Source of the DNA: Acidimicrobiales bacterium
GTDB lineage: Bacteria; Actinomycetota; Acidimicrobiia; Acidimicrobiales; RAAP-2
Length of the DNA stretch: 34,918 nucleotides
Direction of reading: 5' to 3'
NCBI GenBank assembly: GCA_036272355.1
Contig: DATAYX010000344.1
Coordinates: 1 to 34,918, forward strand
The notes under the pieces: generated by a model
The model's database searches: none
What the model saw: the letters and a program-made list of their open reading frames with translations, nothing else
Told to the model about the DNA's origin: nothing
Made by a program: the position numbers and the translations under genes
In this document: one piece after another, positions 1-7,946 of the stretch
How the letters are laid out: each line of letters opens with the position of its first letter
How positions within the stretch are numbered: the stretch's first letter is position 1

Positions 1-761
1 CGCAGCGGATCTCGATGAGTTTGAACGATCAGCGCATCCGGATACTCCTGGAACAAGGACGTGAGCGACCACATATGCGCGGGTGACTTGATCACCCATC
101 GATCGGCGGAATGCGCCGACTGTAAATACTGCAGGAACATGCGGTGGTACCGGTAGGCGGAGGCCATGTCGGCCTGATGAAGGAGCCAATGTTGGTACTG
201 CGGCACCCGATACTGCGTTGCGAAGATCATGCTGCGGAAGTCGGCGGCCGTGATGCGCACGCACTCCTGGCCCAATCTGGCACCCATGTCGTGCATGGCG
301 CGGAACCCGGGAATGAGCAGGTCGACGTTGGCGAGTTTGGCGTCCACCTCATCGATGCGCGGGTCGGACTCGTACGTTGCCGTCTCCGGCGGAGGCCATG
401 GCTGGTCGACCTCCCATGTCAGCGGCACGCGGTTTGCGGGGTCCTGGGCCAGGACATCGAACAGGATGGTCGTGCCGGTCCGTGGTTGTCCCAGGACGAC
501 GATCGGGGGTCGGACATCTGCGTCGGCTATCGATGGGTTGCGTTTCACCCAATCGACCACCCGCAGTCGTCCGGTGAGGTATTCGACGACGTCGGACCCG
601 GCAATGAGACCGCCGACCTCGGTGAGGGCACCCCTCTCGTTCAAATCAGAGACCAATCGCTCGGCCCCCTCCGCCCACGACGGATCGCCCAAGTCGTCGA
701 GCCCGGTCGCTTGCTGCGCTTGGTCGACCAATTGGTCCAGTACGAGTGTTCCGGTCGTCAT
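1..761 (-). CDS. sulfotransferase-family protein; C-terminal end lies beyond the left window edge
   Basis: Absent from the ORF track because no stop lies inside the window. My reverse-complement translation from ATG 761..759 reads MTTGTLVLDQLVDQAQQATGLDDLGDPSWAEGAERLV...PPIVVLGQPRTGTTILFDVLAQDP...RWVIKSPAHMWSL...LIVQTHRDP. An in-frame TGA 9 nt upstream fixes the start. GQPRTGTT resembles the PAPS 5'-phosphosulfate-binding loop of bacterial (mycobacterial Stf-like) sulfotransferases. The family call is from motif memory only. Confidence 0.55.
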   Translation of the reverse strand, partial: MTTGTLVLDQLVDQAQQATGLDDLGDPSWAEGAERLVSDLNERGALTEVGGLIAGSDVVEYLTGRLRVVDWVKRNPSIADADVRPPIVVLGQPRTGTTILFDVLAQDPANRVPLTWEVDQPWPPPETATYESDPRIDEVDAKLANVDLLIPGFRAMHDMGARLGQECVRITAADFRSMIFATQYRVPQYQHWLLHQADMASAYRYHRMFLQYLQSAHSADRWVIKSPAHMWSLTSLFQEYPDALIVQTHRDPL

Positions 762-965
762 CTGGAGTCAGGCCGCCACACGTCGCAGCTTTGCAATTGC
801 TCGGTGCCGCACGTCCGGCAGCATAAGCCGAACCGCCGTATCCTGAACCGGTGCCAGGGGGTTCGCGGTGCTCGAGCTGATCGCCTTCGAGGAGACGTTG
901 AGGGGCTGGTCCAAGAAGTCCTTGGCGACTGCGTGTTCAATCCAGGGCACGGTAGGCACCGGGTC

Positions 966-2903
966 ATGACGCGCAACAGGTTCGCGGGTGCGCCTTTCAC
1001 GGACGATGACGACGCCATCGCCAAGGCACTCGAGGACGTCAGTATCCCGGCACTGATGTGTTCGCTCGTGCACATGACCGGCGACCCGTCCTTTATCCGC
1101 GGAGATATTCAGCCGCGCACTGCTATGTCGCTCGACATCCAAAGTGGGATGTCAGACAACGACCGTGCGGACGTGCGTCGCCGCGCACTACCGGCGATCG
1201 CGGCGTATCGAGACAGCGGTTGCGAACCGGTGGCTCTTCCAACCGAGTTGCTCCAAGAGATGATGGCCTTTCTTGGCCGCCGGCCCGTCGATGGCCGCCT
1301 GTCCGGACTGTTCTTCGACGACCTGCAGTTCGAAGGCGGCGATTCCGGTGCCATAGCGTGGGAGAGCGATATCACCGAGGAGCTGAAAGCCTCGTCACCG
1401 GTTGTGGTCATCGGTTGCGGAATGGGCGGGATCTTGGCCGGCATTCGGCTTGCGCAGGCAGGGCTGCCGTTCACCATCATCGACAAGAACGGCGGCCCCG
1501 GCGGCACGTGGTGGGAAAACCGCTATCCAGGCGCGCGCGTCGACGTGGGGAGCCACCAGTACTGCTTCTCCTTCGAGCCCGCCGACCACTGGAGCGAGTA
1601 CTACTGCCGGCAGCCCGAGCTCCGGGCCTACTTCGAGACAATCGTCGAGAAGTACGGCCTGGGGTCCCATTGCCGCTTCGGCACTGCCGTAACCGAGGCC
1701 ACATGGGACGAGGAACAGGCGCAGTGGCACCTCGCCCTCACCGGCCGGGACGGTGACGAGGATGTTCTCGATGCCCGCTTCGTCATCAGCGCCGTCGGGT
1801 CATTGAATCTGGCGCGATTGCCCGAGATCGAGGGAATGGACGCGTTCGCAGGACCTTCGTTCCACTCGTCGCGCTGGCCCGAACACCTCGACCTGAGCGG
1901 AGCAAAGTTCGCCCTCGTCGGCGCAGGAGCGAGCGGCTTTCAGATCGGTCCCGCCATCGCGCCGGAGGTGGATCGTCTGACCATCTTCCAGCGCACGGCC
2001 CAGTGGATCATTCCGAATCCGCTCTACCACGCCCCTGTGCCACCCGGCGACGAATGGGCGCTACGCCACCTGCCTTTCTATGGGCGCTGGTATCGGTTCA
2101 TCATGACCTTCGCCGGCATTGCCATGGGAATCGAGCCCTATCGCATTGACCAGCAGCATGACGACCCAACTCACAGATCGATCAACGCCTCCAACGCCCG
2201 CCGGTCAGGGGCCCTCCTTGCGTCGATGAAATCATTGGTTGCGGAGCGCGCCGATCTCCTGGAGAAGATCGTGCCGGACTACCCCGCCACAGGGAAGCGC
2301 ATCCTGCAGGACGACGGCACGTGGTTGCGCTGCCTGCAGCGCCCCAATGTCGAGATCGTGCGGACCGCGATCGAGAGGATCGTCGAAGATGGCGTCGTCA
2401 CCACGGACGGGACCCACTATCCCGCCGATGTCATCTGCTACGCGACGGGATTTCGTCACAACGACTTCCTGGCGTCGCTGAAAGTAACGGGTCGGCAAGG
2501 TATCTCGTTGCGGGAACAATGGGGAGACGAACCGACGGCGTATCTCGGCATCACCATCCCAAACTTCCCCAACCTGTTCTGCATCTACGGGCCGGGGACG
2601 AACCTTGCCGCAGGTGCAAGCCTCTTCTACCACGCCGAATTCCAGGTTCACTATGCGCTCGAGGTCATCCGCGAGACTTTGACCTCAGAGGCGCGGTGGA
2701 GCGAAGTTCGGCACGAGGCCCACGAGGAGTACGCCAACCGGTACAAGAGCGAAATCGGGCAGCTGGTCTGGTCGCACCCGTCGATCGAGCACAGTCACTA
2801 CAAGAACAGCCAGGGTAAGGTCTTCACGCTCTCTCCGTGGCCACTCGACCTGTACTGGGAGTGGACCCGTCGCGTCGAACGCGCCGATTACGCCTTCGGC
2901 TGA
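966..2903 (+). CDS. type I Baeyer-Villiger (flavin-containing) monooxygenase with a long N-terminal extension
   Basis: In-frame ATG at 966 inside track ORF 144..2903; the part upstream of 966 is the antisense shadow of the sulfotransferase gene. It has two dinucleotide-binding motifs (VVVIGCGMGG, ALVGAGASG), GGTWWENRYPGARVD, and the BVMO fingerprint FxGxxxHxxxWP (FAGPSFHSSRWP). The start codon is uncertain; an in-frame GTG at 933 is an alternative. Confidence 0.85.
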   Translation: MTRNRFAGAPFTDDDDAIAKALEDVSIPALMCSLVHMTGDPSFIRGDIQPRTAMSLDIQSGMSDNDRADVRRRALPAIAAYRDSGCEPVALPTELLQEMMAFLGRRPVDGRLSGLFFDDLQFEGGDSGAIAWESDITEELKASSPVVVIGCGMGGILAGIRLAQAGLPFTIIDKNGGPGGTWWENRYPGARVDVGSHQYCFSFEPADHWSEYYCRQPELRAYFETIVEKYGLGSHCRFGTAVTEATWDEEQAQWHLALTGRDGDEDVLDARFVISAVGSLNLARLPEIEGMDAFAGPSFHSSRWPEHLDLSGAKFALVGAGASGFQIGPAIAPEVDRLTIFQRTAQWIIPNPLYHAPVPPGDEWALRHLPFYGRWYRFIMTFAGIAMGIEPYRIDQQHDDPTHRSINASNARRSGALLASMKSLVAERADLLEKIVPDYPATGKRILQDDGTWLRCLQRPNVEIVRTAIERIVEDGVVTTDGTHYPADVICYATGFRHNDFLASLKVTGRQGISLREQWGDEPTAYLGITIPNFPNLFCIYGPGTNLAAGASLFYHAEFQVHYALEVIRETLTSEARWSEVRHEAHEEYANRYKSEIGQLVWSHPSIEHSHYKNSQGKVFTLSPWPLDLYWEWTRRVERADYAFG

Positions 2904-3153
2904 GTCCACCTCCCTGGCGCTTCCCTTCAGTACAGCCAGAGGCCAGCCCGAAGTCGACGTCGGCGTCCCCAACGCCGCTTTCGAGCGGGACCACCCACAC
3001 TCTGATCCCGTGGCCGAATGAAGGCGGCCAGTGGTGGATCGATTCGGGATCTCGAGGGGGGCTCGGTGCGAATGATCGCGTCGGACAACGCCATTTTGCT
3101 GCTGGGCTTGGGGCGGCCGGCGGCCTGAGCAGATCGCCATACACTCTGCGGTC

Positions 3154-4545
3154 GTGCACGGGATCATCGGCTTCGGCGGGTACCTGCCTTACCGACGCCT
3201 CGACCTGTCGACGGTGGCCGCCGTGGCCGGGGCCGGCGGCCGCAAGGGGACACGATCGGTCGCGTCCTTCGACGAGGATGCCACGACGATGGCAGTGGAG
3301 GCGGCGCGGGTGGCGCGGCGACGGGCGCCCGACGTCGCCATCGAATCCATTTGGTTCTCCACGGTGGCTCCGCCGTATCTCGACAAGACGAACGCCACCG
3401 TATTGCAGGCGGCTCTGCGACTCCCCGAGGAGTGCGGCGCGTACGACCTTGTCGGCTCGGTGCGCGGCTCTCTCGGCGCGCTGCGCGCGGCCGCGACTCA
3501 GAGCGGGCCGGCGCTGGCGGTGGCGGCCGACCTGCGCACAGGTCTGGCTGGCGGCCCCGACGAGTCATTTTTCGGCGACGGCGCGGCCGCGCTCGTGGTC
3601 GGGAACGATACGCACGGGGAGGTGGTGGCCGAGCTCGGCCCCTGGGCCTCGGTGACGGGTGAGTTCGTAGACCGCTGGCGCGTCCCGGGTGAGCAGCGGT
3701 CCCGGGTGTGGGAGGAGCGTTTCGGCGAGATGCGCTACGGCGAGCTCGGCGCCGACGCGTTGGATCGTTTGTGGAAGATCGCCGGCATCGGGCCTGACGA
3801 CGTGGACCACCTGATCGTGACGGGCCCACATGGCCGCGCGTGCAAAGCGGTGGCGCAGCGTTCCGCTGTCGCATCCGACCGGTTGGTCGAGGACGTGGCG
3901 ACGGTCGTCGGCAACACAGGCGCGGCGCATCCCTTCTTGTTGCTGGTCGACATCCTGGAGCGGGCCGAGGCGGAGCGAACGATTGTGCTGCTGACACTTG
4001 CCGACGGAGCCGAGGCCTTGGTGGTCCGCACGACTGGCGCACTGGCCGCGACACGCACCGCGGGCGCGAGCGTCCGAGCGCAGGTCGGTGGCGGCGGCCA
4101 GGTTTCCTACGGCCGCTATCTGGCGTGGCGCGGGATCCTGCCGGTCGAGCCGCCACGGCGCCCCGAGCCTGCCCGGACCTCCTCGTCAGCCGCCGGACGG
4201 TCGGTGCCCTGGAAGTTCGGCTTCGAAGGCTCGCGCTCTGCGGACGGCAGCATGCATCTCCCGCCCCTGCCTGACGAGGGCGAGCTCGAGCCCATGGCTG
4301 ACGCGCGTGGCACCGTCGCCACGTTCACCATCGACCGGCTCTCCTACACGCCGAGCCCACCGATGGTCTTCGCTGTGGTCGACTTCGACGGCGGCGGCCG
4401 GCTGCCGGTCGAGCTGACCGACCTCGATGCGGACCAGGTCGCGGTGGGTGACCGTGTCGAAATGACCTTCCGACGGCTTTCGACGGCCGACGGGATCCAC
4501 AATTACTTCTGGAAGGCGCGGCCGTGCCGGGGAGGCGATGACTGA
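3154..4545 (+). CDS. thiolase-fold condensing-enzyme-like (HMG-CoA synthase/KAS III-like) domain fused to a C-terminal DUF35 OB-fold domain
   Basis: GTG start. The N-terminal part reads GFGGYLPYRRL...SFDEDATTMAVEAA...FFGDGAAALVV, which is HMGCS/FabH-like. The C-terminal part reads GTVATFTIDRLSYTPSPPMVFAVVDFDGGGRLPVELTD...VGDRVEMTF, which is DUF35 OB-like. The stop overlaps the next ATG (TGATG at 4543..4547). Confidence 0.75.
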   Translation: MHGIIGFGGYLPYRRLDLSTVAAVAGAGGRKGTRSVASFDEDATTMAVEAARVARRRAPDVAIESIWFSTVAPPYLDKTNATVLQAALRLPEECGAYDLVGSVRGSLGALRAAATQSGPALAVAADLRTGLAGGPDESFFGDGAAALVVGNDTHGEVVAELGPWASVTGEFVDRWRVPGEQRSRVWEERFGEMRYGELGADALDRLWKIAGIGPDDVDHLIVTGPHGRACKAVAQRSAVASDRLVEDVATVVGNTGAAHPFLLLVDILERAEAERTIVLLTLADGAEALVVRTTGALAATRTAGASVRAQVGGGGQVSYGRYLAWRGILPVEPPRRPEPARTSSSAAGRSVPWKFGFEGSRSADGSMHLPPLPDEGELEPMADARGTVATFTIDRLSYTPSPPMVFAVVDFDGGGRLPVELTDLDADQVAVGDRVEMTFRRLSTADGIHNYFWKARPCRGGDD

Positions 4546-5750
4546 TGGGCTCGCACGGGATTACCGACAAGGTGGCCATCGTCGGAATGGCCTGCACGAA
4601 GTTCGGTGAGCACTGGGACATGGGGACGGACGACCTCGTGCTGCAGGCCGCCGAGGGCGCATTCGACTCCGCCGGTGTCGGCCGGCCCGACGTGGACGCC
4701 TACTGGGTCGGCACCGCGCAGTCGGGCATGAGCGGTCTCCTGCTGGCCCGGCCGCTGCGCGTGAAGGACAAGCCGGTCACCCGTGTCGAGAACTTCTGTG
4801 CTTCGGGATCGGAGGCGTTGCGCCAGGCGGCCTACGCGGTATCGAGCGGTGCGTACGACGTCGCGATGGCGCTGGGTGTGGAGAAGCTCAAGGACTCCGG
4901 CTTCCAGGGCGCCAACGCGTTCCCGGTGCCGAGTGACGGGACGAACCGCACCGTGACAGCGGCGGCGATGTACTCCATGATCGTCCCCGCGTACGCCAAG
5001 CGCTACGGCGTCGAGGTCGATCAGGTGAAGCAGGCTTTAGCGAGGATCGCGTCGAAGAACCACGCCAACGGCGCACGCAATCCGCGGGCGCAGTTCCGCA
5101 AGGAGATGAGTGTCGATCAGCTGCTCGCCATGCCCCGTATCGCCGGCGAGCTCTCGGTGTTCGACTGCGCCGGTGTCGCCGACGGGGCGGCCGCCGCCGT
5201 CGTTGTCCGGGCCGAAGACGCCCACAAGTACACGGAGCACCCGCTCTATGTGAAGGCTCTCTCGTTCGTCGTCGGGGACGGGAGCGGTGTGAGCGATCCC
5301 GACTACGACTACACGACGTTTCCCGAGGTGGTGTTGTCCGCGCAGGAGGCCTACCGCCAGGCGGGCATTACCGAGCCGCGGGCCCAACTGGCGATGGCGG
5401 AGGTCCACGACTGCTTCACTCCGACAGAGCTGGTGCTGATGGAGGACCTCGGCTTCAGCGAGCGGGGGAGCGCATGGAAGGAGGAGCTCGCCGGCACGTT
5501 CGAACTCGACGGCGAGCTTCCGGTGAACCCCGACGGGGGGCTCAAAAGCTTCGGCCACCCCGTCGGCGCGTCCGGTCTCCGCATGATGTTCGAGGCCTGG
5601 CTGCAGCTGCGGGGCGAAGCCCCCGAGGAGCGCCGCATTTCGACCTATGGCAAACGGAACCTCGCGCTGACCCACAACCTGGGTGGCTATCCGGGCGAAA
5701 TGGTCTCCTTCGTCTCCATACTCGGCACGGAGGGACCTGCCTCGGGCTGA
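4545..5750 (+). CDS. SCP-x/lipid-transfer-type thiolase (acetyl-CoA C-acyltransferase family)
   Basis: KVAIVGMACTKFGE, nucleophile motif VENFCASGSEAL, AEVHDCFTPTE, NPDGGLKSFGHPVGASG and THNLGG are typical of nonspecific lipid-transfer-protein thiolases. Confidence 0.85.
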   Translation: MGSHGITDKVAIVGMACTKFGEHWDMGTDDLVLQAAEGAFDSAGVGRPDVDAYWVGTAQSGMSGLLLARPLRVKDKPVTRVENFCASGSEALRQAAYAVSSGAYDVAMALGVEKLKDSGFQGANAFPVPSDGTNRTVTAAAMYSMIVPAYAKRYGVEVDQVKQALARIASKNHANGARNPRAQFRKEMSVDQLLAMPRIAGELSVFDCAGVADGAAAAVVVRAEDAHKYTEHPLYVKALSFVVGDGSGVSDPDYDYTTFPEVVLSAQEAYRQAGITEPRAQLAMAEVHDCFTPTELVLMEDLGFSERGSAWKEELAGTFELDGELPVNPDGGLKSFGHPVGASGLRMMFEAWLQLRGEAPEERRISTYGKRNLALTHNLGGYPGEMVSFVSILGTEGPASG

Positions 5751-5829
5751 ACTGCCGACATCAGCCGATCAGTCTGTCGGGACAGGCGACGGCCGAGAAC
5801 GGCCGGCAGACCAAGGCCGCTCCGGATGA

Positions 5830-5851
5830 GGCCCGGCTGTCCGCCCGGGCC
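5830..5851 (+). terminator. GC-rich hairpin downstream of the thiolase gene (possible factor-independent terminator without a U-tract)
   Basis: GGCCCGG (5830..5836) pairs with CCGGGCC (5845..5851) around an 8-nt loop. It is followed by GAAATAAG rather than a T-run, so terminator function is inferred only. Confidence 0.25.
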
Positions 5852-5855
5852 GAAA

Positions 5856-5878
5856 TAAGAACTAGACTCCGGTTCTAA
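5856..5878. promoter_or_regulatory. operator-like 7-N9-7 inverted repeat (TAAGAAC-N9-GTTCTAA) upstream of amidohydrolase gene 5896
   Basis: The 21-nt core AGAACTAGACTCCGGTTCTAA matches the site at 7852..7872 at 19 of 21 positions. A -10-like TAATCT overlaps the right half-site. The shared downstream block ATCGCTCT (5888..5895) abuts the ATG. Confidence 0.5.
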
Positions 5879-5895
5879 TCTGGTACGATCGCTCT

Positions 5896-7137
5896 ATGGT
5901 GACATCTGCATCGGCGGCACCCTTGATGCTCATCTCCGCGGACTGCCATGCCGGCGGGAGTCACGAGCAGTACCGCGAGTACCTGGACCCTGCGTATCGC
6001 GAGGAGTTCGATGCCTGGCGGGGGCAGTACAAGAACCCGTGGAAGGATCTGCGCGATACCGACCTCCGGGTCCGCAACTGGGACGACGAGCGTCGCTCCG
6101 CCGATGAACTCGCCGACGGCGTGGTGGGAGAGGTCGTCTATCCCAATACCGTGCCACCGTTCTTCCCGGGTTTCGTCCTCTTTGCCGCGCCGCCCAAGCC
6201 CGAGGACTACGAGCACCGGTTGGCCGGGATCAGAGCGCACAACCGCTGGCTCGTCGACTTCTGCGCGCGTCACCCGGCGCAGCGGGCCGGGGTCGGACAG
6301 ATCTTCATCAACGAAATCGACGACGCGATCGCCGACGCCACGTGGATCAAGGAGCAGGGTCTGCGCGGCGGCGTGCTCCTGCCGGTCGTTCCACCCGACG
6401 TGACGTGGGTCCGGCCCCTGTACGACCCTGAGTACGACCGCCTGTGGGCCGCGCTCCAGGACCTGGACATTCCGGTCAACGTGCATGCGGGCACCGGTTC
6501 GCCCAACTACGGCCGTTACCAGGCGACCCCGATGCTCATGATCGCCGAGGTCGCGTTCTACGGCATGCGGCCCCTGGTCCACCTGATCCTCTCGGGCGTG
6601 TTCGAACGCTTCCCCCGCCTCAAGTTCGCGTTCACCGAAGGCGGGGCGTCGTGGCTGCCCGAGACGCTCCAGCGGCTGGACTACGTGATCACGAGCGTGC
6701 AGAAGGGCTCCATCGGCGAACTCAAGTACACGGCGGACCAAGCACTCCCGCGTACGGCGACCGAGTACTTCCACCAGAACGTGTGGATGGGCGTCAGCTC
6801 TCCGAAGCCGGCCGACATGGACGTGCGCAGCATGATTGCGCCCGATCGGTTCATGTGGGGCAGCGACTACCCGCACGACGAGGGCACCCAGCCCTACACG
6901 CGCGAGCACCTACGGCAGGTCACCCAGGACGTCCCCGAGGACGACCTGCGTCGCATTCTCGGTCTCAACGCCGCGACCCTGTACGACTTCGACCTCGAGG
7001 CGTTGGCGCCGCTGGCCGATCGGTACGGCCCGGCGCTCGAAGAGGTGCGCCAGCCGCTGCTGGAGTTACCCGAGCAGCCGAACCGGGCCCTGCTCTTCGG
7101 CCAGGCGCGCTCCCTTTCGACTGCGACGCCCGCCTGA
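5896..7137 (+). CDS. amidohydrolase-2 (PF04909-type) metal-dependent hydrolase/decarboxylase/lactonase family protein
   Basis: LISADCHAGG near the N-terminus, VNVHAGTGSP, FTEGGASWLP and WGSDYPHDEG near the C-terminus are typical of the TIM-barrel amidohydrolase_2 family. The long minus-strand ORF 5875..6909 is its antisense shadow. Confidence 0.8.
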   Translation: MVTSASAAPLMLISADCHAGGSHEQYREYLDPAYREEFDAWRGQYKNPWKDLRDTDLRVRNWDDERRSADELADGVVGEVVYPNTVPPFFPGFVLFAAPPKPEDYEHRLAGIRAHNRWLVDFCARHPAQRAGVGQIFINEIDDAIADATWIKEQGLRGGVLLPVVPPDVTWVRPLYDPEYDRLWAALQDLDIPVNVHAGTGSPNYGRYQATPMLMIAEVAFYGMRPLVHLILSGVFERFPRLKFAFTEGGASWLPETLQRLDYVITSVQKGSIGELKYTADQALPRTATEYFHQNVWMGVSSPKPADMDVRSMIAPDRFMWGSDYPHDEGTQPYTREHLRQVTQDVPEDDLRRILGLNAATLYDFDLEALAPLADRYGPALEEVRQPLLELPEQPNRALLFGQARSLSTATPA

Positions 7138-7140
7138 CGA

Positions 7141-7170
7141 GGGGGCACGCCCCTTGGGGGCGCGGCCCCG
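7141..7170. terminator. GC-rich hairpin between convergent genes (candidate bidirectional terminator)
   Basis: In GGGGGCACGCCCCTTGGGGGCGCGGCCCCG, 7141-7144 pairs with 7166-7169, 7146 with 7164, 7148-7153 with 7157-7162, and the loop is TTG. That gives about 11 bp with 2 mismatches. The hairpin fills the 36-nt gap between the amidohydrolase stop (7137) and the TetR stop (7174). Confidence 0.35.
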
Positions 7171-7173
7171 AGG

Positions 7174-7821
7174 TCATCCCGCAGGACGTCCTCCCACGAG
7201 GAGGCCGACGGCGTCGGAGATCGAGCGGCGCAGATCGGCCGTCGTGGCACGTCCGGACGACCACGCGCGTAGGGAGCTGTCGAAGACAGCGTCCAGGACC
7301 CGCACGATGCGGCGTGCCTCCTCGCGGGGCAGGTCGTCCAGCAGGTCGAGATACACGGGGCTAGTCGTGGCGTCGAGGCGTACCAGGACCTCGTGGGCGA
7401 ACGGCTCGTCCGAGGTCTCAAAGCGCGTGAGCAGACGCGCCAGTTGCGGGCGTCGCTCGAAGGCCCGGGCGGCGCGCAGGAGAGCTTCTTCGAGGCGCTG
7501 CGCGGCGGTGGCACCGGTCAGCGGTCGGCGCGTGACGTCGGGACCCAGGGTCGAGGCCCATTGGACGAGTGCCTCGGCGAAGAGGTGGTCCTTGGAGGGG
7601 AAGTAGTGGTACAGGGTGGCCAGTGCGACGCCGGCGACCTCGGCGACCTCGCGCACCGAGATCTGCTCGTAGTCCCGCTCCTCCAAGAGCGCCAGCGCGC
7701 CGTCGAGGAGGCGCTGGCGGCGGGCGGCCTGTCGCGTGCTCAACCGCGTTCCCGGCACAGCAGCGCCGTCCGGTGGGTCCGGCGGTCGGACGACGGTGTC
7801 GCGGGTCGTGTCCTGTGTCAT
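7174..7821 (-). CDS. TetR/AcrR-family transcriptional regulator
   Basis: N-terminal HTH: YEQISVREVAEVAGVALATLYHYFPSKDHLFAEAL. I prefer the ATG at 7821 (MTQDTTRD) with GAAGGGA 5 nt upstream over the track start at 7875, which would run through the operator. Confidence 0.9.
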   Translation of the reverse strand: MTQDTTRDTVVRPPDPPDGAAVPGTRLSTRQAARRQRLLDGALALLEERDYEQISVREVAEVAGVALATLYHYFPSKDHLFAEALVQWASTLGPDVTRRPLTGATAAQRLEEALLRAARAFERRPQLARLLTRFETSDEPFAHEVLVRLDATTSPVYLDLLDDLPREEARRIVRVLDAVFDSSLRAWSSGRATTADLRRSISDAVGLLVGGRPAG

Positions 7822-7849
7822 TCCCTTCGCAACCCCTGGCCTCCGGTTG

Positions 7850-7872
7850 TGAGAACTAGAATCCGATTCTAA
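7850..7872. promoter_or_regulatory. operator-like 7-N9-7 inverted repeat (TGAGAAC-N9-ATTCTAA) in the divergent TetR/amidohydrolase intergenic region
   Basis: The core AGAACTAGAATCCGATTCTAA contains the internal palindrome AGAAT-CCG-ATTCT. The -10-like hexamers TAACAT (+ strand) and TAGAAT (- strand, towards the TetR gene) both overlap the repeat. Confidence 0.55.
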
Positions 7873-7946
7873 CATCGCTCTCCGAGCGGGCCACGGCCGT
7901 TACTAACCGGATGTGGCGGCCCGAGAGATGCAGGAGGGATCGCGTC

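Noticed and set aside
144-965. 5' portion of the 919-aa track ORF (144..2903), which would add about 270 aa to the BVMO
   Set aside because: Its translation is low-complexity and Arg/Gly/Val-rich with no family resemblance. It lies exactly antisense to a convincing sulfotransferase reading frame (1..761, minus strand). The recognisable BVMO sequence begins after ATG 966.
3036-3051. GGATCGATTCGGGATC upstream of gene 3154 resembles GGTATCTGATTCCGGGATC (12594..12612) in the thiolase/crotonase divergent region, next to the 11-bp palindrome GATACGGTATC (12589..12599). This could be a shared regulatory motif.
   Set aside because: The similarity needs gaps, is short, and is built from GATC-type words that are common. 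I cannot separate it from chance without a genome-wide motif count.
2904-3153. 250-nt intergenic region after the BVMO gene, inspected for a riboswitch, sRNA, small ORF or terminator
   Set aside because: It contains only short palindromic hexamers (GTCGAC, GACGTC) and weak stems. There is no convincing hairpin plus U-tract, no conserved riboswitch-like core that I recognise, and the overlapping track ORFs look like shadow frames.
5856-5878. Whether the operator-like sites are KstR or KstR2 (cholesterol regulon) boxes
   Set aside because: As I recall, the KstR box is a 14-bp TnnAACnnGTTnnA and the KstR2 box is AnCAAGnnCTTGnT. The sites here have 7-nt arms separated by 9 nt and do not fit either, so I do not call this a KstR regulon.
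5875-6909. 344-aa minus-strand ORF antisense to the first amidohydrolase. Similar long antisense ORFs are at 7869..8960(-), 8957..10192(-), 12576..14030(-), 16263..17249(-), 17888..19159(-) and 23417..24526(+).
   Set aside because: These are typical shadow ORFs of high-GC DNA. Their translations are Arg/Pro/Gly/Ala-rich without motifs, while the opposite strand carries strong family signatures in every case.
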